This document shows, in pieces, positions 28,733-32,000 of a stretch of 32,000 nt of DNA. The stretch is from the NCBI GenBank assembly GCA_964360965.1, contig CAYHYM010000004.1:1-32000 (forward strand), in the 5' to 3' direction. Position numbers and translations under genes: made by a program. The stretch is from an uncultured Gammaproteobacteria bacterium (GTDB lineage: Bacteria > Patescibacteriota > Microgenomatia > Daviesbacterales > UBA10151). The notes beneath the pieces were generated by a model that made no database searches, had not been told where the DNA came from, and was given only the letters and a program-made list of their open reading frames with translations. Numbering within the stretch: the stretch's first letter is position 1; the number at the start of each line of letters is the position of its first letter.

Positions 28733-30907
28733 TTAGGCACGAGGCCAATCAGAGATCATTATGGATTCCCCTTTATGAGGTAGTTTTTGCCATAATTCTT
28801 CTGTAATAAAGGGCATGAATGGATGAAGCAGTTCTAGGCTGGTTTTGAAAACATACTCTAAAACAGGTTGAGCTTCAGCTCTTCTTTCTTTGGTAGATTC
28901 AATATATTTATCTGCAAACTCATGCCAGATAAAATCATATAAGATATTGGCAGCATCATGGAATCTGAAAGCTTCCAAGGCTTTAGTAACCTTTTCAGTA
29001 GTTTCTGCTAATTTTTTAATAATTTCTTTATCATCAGCATTGTCATTGCGAGGAGTCTGCGACGAAGCAATCTGGATTGGAGATTGCCACGGTCGCCCAG
29101 GCGACCTCGCAATGACGTCTTTATTTGGATTAAACTCAATGATGAAGCGGCCAATATTCCAAAGCTTATTGGTAAAATTTCTCATAGCCTGGAGTTTAGG
29201 ATGAGACAGGGATTGATCATGGCCCAAAGCTGTGCCGTAAATTAGAGCCATCCTGGCTGCATCTGCCCCGTATTGATCTGTAACTTCTAAGGGATTGACT
29301 ACGTTATTTTTAGATTTACTCATTTTTTTGCCTAAAGGATCTAAAACCATGCCATGTAAAACAATATCTTGAAAAGGGATTTTGTTGGTAGCGTATAAAC
29401 CCAGCATGATCATTCTGGCCACCCAGAAAAATAAAATTTCTCTACCTGTTTCTATAATTTGAGTTGGATAGAATTTTTCAAAATCTCCGCCAGCTGGCGG
29501 ATTGGTGGTCTGCAAAGTAGCGAAGGTCCACTGACCTGAAGAAAACCAGGTATCAAAAGTGTCTTGATCCTGTTCCAGGGTGGAGTCATTACAAGAGCTG
29601 CATGTATCCGGCTTTTCACCTTCAGTAACAGTCCATTTTTTGCAAGAATCACAATACCAGGCAGGAATCTGTATTCCCCAGATAATTTGCCTGGAGATAT
29701 TCCAATCCCTGATATTTTTAAGCCAGTTAAAGTAAATTTTGGCAAAATTTTTGGGATAAATTTTTATTTTCCCAGATTTTACTGCCTCAATTGCTTTTTT
29801 TGCCAAAGGTTCAACTTTTATAAACCACTGCTCCAAAGGCAGGGGTTCAATTACATTTTTACACTTATAACAAAGGCCAATTCTGTGTTTGTATTCATAA
29901 TCAACTTTTTCTAAAAGTTCTTTTTGCTCTAATTCTTCTACAACTGCCTGTTTTGCCGCTTTCACACTCATTCCGGAAAACTTTCCCGCACTAGCATTTA
30001 ACCTTCCATCAAAGCCAATCACCTGAACAATAGGTAGGTTATGGATTTGAGCTCTTGCAAAATCATCCATGTCATGGGCTGGGGTAAGTTTGATAATTCC
30101 TGTTCCAAAAGTAGGATCAACAGTGTCATCCGCTATAATTTTCATCTCTTTGTCTGTTAAAGGATTTTTTACTTTTCTACCTGTATACCGGGAATTTTTC
30201 TTATCTTTTGGGTTAATAGCCAGATAGTCATCAATCATGATTGGCTCTGGTCTGGTGGTAGCAATAACTAAATATTCTGGCTCGCCAGCTTTGCTGTTAA
30301 TTAGTGGGTAGCGGACATAATATAGCGGATCTTTTCTTTCTTCATAAACTACTTCTAAATCAGAAAAGGAGGTGCCATTTGTAGTGCAGTAATTAACCAA
30401 TCTTTGGGTTCTGTAAACCAATCCATCATCAAACAGTTTTTTAAAGGTTTTGTAGACAACTTTGACAATATCAGGATCAAGAGTAAATTTTTGTCTGGAC
30501 CAATCAAGAGAAAACCCCAGTCTTTTGAGTTGCTGTTCCATATTTCCTCTATTCTCTGCCACAAAATCCCAAATCATCTGATAAAGGGTGGTTCTGTCGT
30601 AATCAAATCTGGATTTTCCTTGATTCTCAAGATGTTTTTCAAAAACAAATTGTGTTTCAAAACCGGCATGGTCTGCTCCGGGCAGCCACAAAGTAGCTTC
30701 ACCTTTCATCCTATGATATCGGATGAGAATATCTTCAATGGTATACATGGCATGGCCAAAATGTAGGGGGGCATTGGCATTGGGTGGAGGTAAGATGATG
30801 GTAAAAGGTTTGCCATCAGGATTTATTTCAGGCTTAAAATAGCCTGCCTTTTCCCAAAATTTGTACCATTTTTGTTCAACCTTAGTTTGATTATAAACTT
30901 TGTCCAT
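28733..30907 (-). CDS. valS: Valine--tRNA ligase (short form lacking the C-terminal coiled coil)
   Basis: The HIGH region is PPPNANAPLHFGHAM and the KMSKS motif is GKKMSKSKNN. The editing and anticodon-binding patterns are present. The likely start is ATG 30907 (MDKVYNQTKVEQKWYKFW). TTG 30943 and ATG 30913 are in-frame alternatives. Confidence 0.95.
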   Translation of the reverse strand: MDKVYNQTKVEQKWYKFWEKAGYFKPEINPDGKPFTIILPPPNANAPLHFGHAMYTIEDILIRYHRMKGEATLWLPGADHAGFETQFVFEKHLENQGKSRFDYDRTTLYQMIWDFVAENRGNMEQQLKRLGFSLDWSRQKFTLDPDIVKVVYKTFKKLFDDGLVYRTQRLVNYCTTNGTSFSDLEVVYEERKDPLYYVRYPLINSKAGEPEYLVIATTRPEPIMIDDYLAINPKDKKNSRYTGRKVKNPLTDKEMKIIADDTVDPTFGTGIIKLTPAHDMDDFARAQIHNLPIVQVIGFDGRLNASAGKFSGMSVKAAKQAVVEELEQKELLEKVDYEYKHRIGLCYKCKNVIEPLPLEQWFIKVEPLAKKAIEAVKSGKIKIYPKNFAKIYFNWLKNIRDWNISRQIIWGIQIPAWYCDSCKKWTVTEGEKPDTCSSCNDSTLEQDQDTFDTWFSSGQWTFATLQTTNPPAGGDFEKFYPTQIIETGREILFFWVARMIMLGLYATNKIPFQDIVLHGMVLDPLGKKMSKSKNNVVNPLEVTDQYGADAARMALIYGTALGHDQSLSHPKLQAMRNFTNKLWNIGRFIIEFNPNKDVIARSPGRPWQSPIQIASSQTPRNDNADDKEIIKKLAETTEKVTKALEAFRFHDAANILYDFIWHEFADKYIESTKERRAEAQPVLEYVFKTSLELLHPFMPFITEELWQKLPHKGESIMISDWPRA
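29042..29116. mobile_element. 75-bp palindromic element with perfect 12-bp terminal inverted repeats, inserted in frame in valS
   Basis: GTCATTGCGAGG (29042-29053) is the exact reverse complement of CCTCGCAATGAC (29105-29116). The inner pair is GCAATCT (29067-29073) and AGATTGC (29081-29087). The length is 75 nt, or 25 codons, and it is translated as part of ...DVIARSPGRPWQSPIQIASSQTPRNDN.... My hand count is 44 G+C in 75 nt. Confidence 0.7.
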
Positions 30908-30939
30908 CAGCATAAGTATAGGGTGCTTGTAGTAGTTGG

Positions 30940-31329
30940 TCAACGATGACTATGCCGGGGTACTGGTTTAAAAAAGATTTTATTTCTTTCTTTTTGAGAA
31001 AAGGGAGTTCTCCAGGTGGCAAACTGTAACTGTTCATCAACATCTTCAAAGGCAACAGTCATAGTGTTATGAGTACGGTTTAGAAAGACTGTTCTAAGTC
31101 GGTAAACAGCGCCTGGTTGATAGGGAGTAGCTGGTTTTTTATTGGCATAAATATACTCATCTCTTCCAGGTATTTTAATAGTGACACTATTCAAGCCCAC
31201 TATAATACTATTACCTTTATCTTCATAAATAGTATGCACTACCCTCACATTAGGCTCTTCTGATTCTGGTTTATCCCAAAGTTCAGGATTTATTTGTCTT
31301 GCTACTTCACTAATACCTTCAATATTCAT
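30940..31329 (-). CDS. Hypothetical protein
   Basis: 129-aa ORF between tsaD and valS on the same strand. No family was recognised. Confidence 0.55.
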   Translation of the reverse strand: MNIEGISEVARQINPELWDKPESEEPNVRVVHTIYEDKGNSIIVGLNSVTIKIPGRDEYIYANKKPATPYQPGAVYRLRTVFLNRTHNTMTVAFEDVDEQLQFATWRTPFSQKERNKIFFKPVPRHSHR

Positions 31330-31330
31330 T

Positions 31331-31359
31331 TTTTATAAAAAATAACCCCAGAAGGGTTA
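31331..31359 (-). terminator. Weak candidate intrinsic terminator after tsaD
   Basis: Reverse-strand reading: TAACCC-TTCTG-GGGTTA (31359-31343), followed by TTTTTT-ATAAAA. The stem is only 6 bp. Confidence 0.3.
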
Positions 31360-31395
31360 ATTTAAGTATGATTATATGATTTAGGTTCATTATTG

Positions 31396-32000
31396 TCAAG
31401 CGAGGGATAAATTGGGATCTGCCTGAAGTTTTAAAGGATTTGGGATGGGTTTTTGGAAAAATCCAGCTGCTGCAATCATGGCTCCGTTATCTGTACACAA
31501 GTCTGGTGGAGGAATATATAATTTAATATTTGAATTCAAACTGTCCACTGTAACCTGTAACCTGTCAACTAACTTTTTATTTGCAGCCACACCGCCGGCA
31601 ATCATGATATTTTTCACAGGATGAACTTTTAATGCCTGGATTACTTTTTCTACTAAAGATTCAACTATGGTATTTTCAATAGCAGCAGCCAGATCTTGCT
31701 TCACCTCCGAGGAGTCAAAGCCCACCTCGGAGGTGTGTACCAGGTTTGCTACTGCAGTTTTTAAGCCTGAATAAGAGAAATCAAAATCTTTTGATCCCTT
31801 CATAGGAATGGGAAGTTTAAATCTATTTGGATTACCTTTTTGAGCCAGTTTGGAAATTTCCGGTCCTCCTGGATAGGAAAGTCCTAATAATCTGGCACAT
31901 TTATCAAAGCACTCACCTGCCGCATCATCCCTGGTGCCACCTAAATAATCATACTTGCCATGACTGGTAAAAAGCACTAAATCCGTATGCCCACCTGAAA
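31396..32000 (-). CDS. tsaD: tRNA N6-adenosine threonylcarbamoyltransferase TsaD (Kae1/Gcp family), N-terminus outside the window
   Basis: The reverse frame is open to the window edge. It reads SGGHTDLVLFTSHGKYDYLGGTRDDAAGECFDKCARLLGLSYPGGPEISKLA...CTDNGAMIAAAG, which is diagnostic. Confidence 0.9.
   Translation of the reverse strand, partial: SGGHTDLVLFTSHGKYDYLGGTRDDAAGECFDKCARLLGLSYPGGPEISKLAQKGNPNRFKLPIPMKGSKDFDFSYSGLKTAVANLVHTSEVGFDSSEVKQDLAAAIENTIVESLVEKVIQALKVHPVKNIMIAGGVAANKKLVDRLQVTVDSLNSNIKLYIPPPDLCTDNGAMIAAAGFFQKPIPNPLKLQADPNLSLA

Noticed and set aside
1-32000. Search for CRISPR arrays, tRNA/rRNA/tmRNA genes, transposases, integrases, relaxases and VirD4
   Set aside because: No regularly spaced repeats were seen. 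No intergenic region is long enough or structured like a tRNA. No ORF has a DDE, tyrosine/serine-recombinase or relaxase-like motif that I could recognise. This is a visual scan only, so a covariance-model or HMM scan should confirm it.
1-32000. Alternative genetic code (UGA=Gly, as in Gracilibacteria/Absconditabacteria)
   Set aside because: TGA terminates several well-supported genes at family-typical ends (yidD, the first pilin-fusion gene, the Hjc-like gene, the 76-aa membrane protein). No conserved protein appears interrupted by in-frame TGA.

Overview
The window looks like the chromosomal replication-origin neighbourhood of a small-genome, monoderm, CPR/Patescibacteria-like bacterium. 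The genetic code is standard, because TGA is used as a stop at several well-supported gene ends. The phylum call is inference from gene content only.

Right half, about 17.8-32 kb: this is a classical origin block. It runs dnaN <- membrane-anchored Hjc-like nuclease <- dnaA | DnaA boxes | rpmH -> rnpA -> yidD -> yidC -> jag. It is followed by a MOP-type flippase, RNase HI, an SDR-epimerase::DUF4012 fusion, L25/Ctc, valS (reverse), a hypothetical gene and a partial tsaD (reverse).

Left half, about 3.3-17.8 kb: the most interesting content is a Gram-positive-style, T4SS-like locus split into three plus-strand operons.
- Operons 1 and 2 carry five genes with six TrbC/VirB2-like pilin modules. 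One is fused to a roughly 330-aa secreted domain, one is a tandem double pilin, and one has a Cys-rich head. A VirB6/TrbL-like polytopic membrane protein follows.
- Operon 3 carries a PrgI/VirB3-like protein, an ATPase-less VirB4-N-domain-like protein, the VirB4 ATPase, an SLT plus degenerate-M23 cell-wall hydrolase, and an Ig-like anchored protein.
- No VirD4 coupling protein, relaxase, integrase or VirB7/9/10 outer-membrane core is visible in the window.
- Two minus-strand gene pairs of unknown function are embedded in the locus.

Second theme: short GC-rich palindromic or tandem elements sit in or between essential genes while preserving reading frame. They are a 75-bp element with perfect 12-bp terminal inverted repeats inside valS, an 81-bp insert in rnpA, a perfect 2 x 24-bp tandem repeat in dnaN, and a roughly 90-bp MITE-like element between rpmH and rnpA.

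Far left, 1-3.1 kb: a minus-strand envelope operon containing a SpoIID/LytB-domain protein, two membrane proteins and a PP2C-like partial ORF.

No rRNA, tRNA, CRISPR array, transposase or integrase was recognised.
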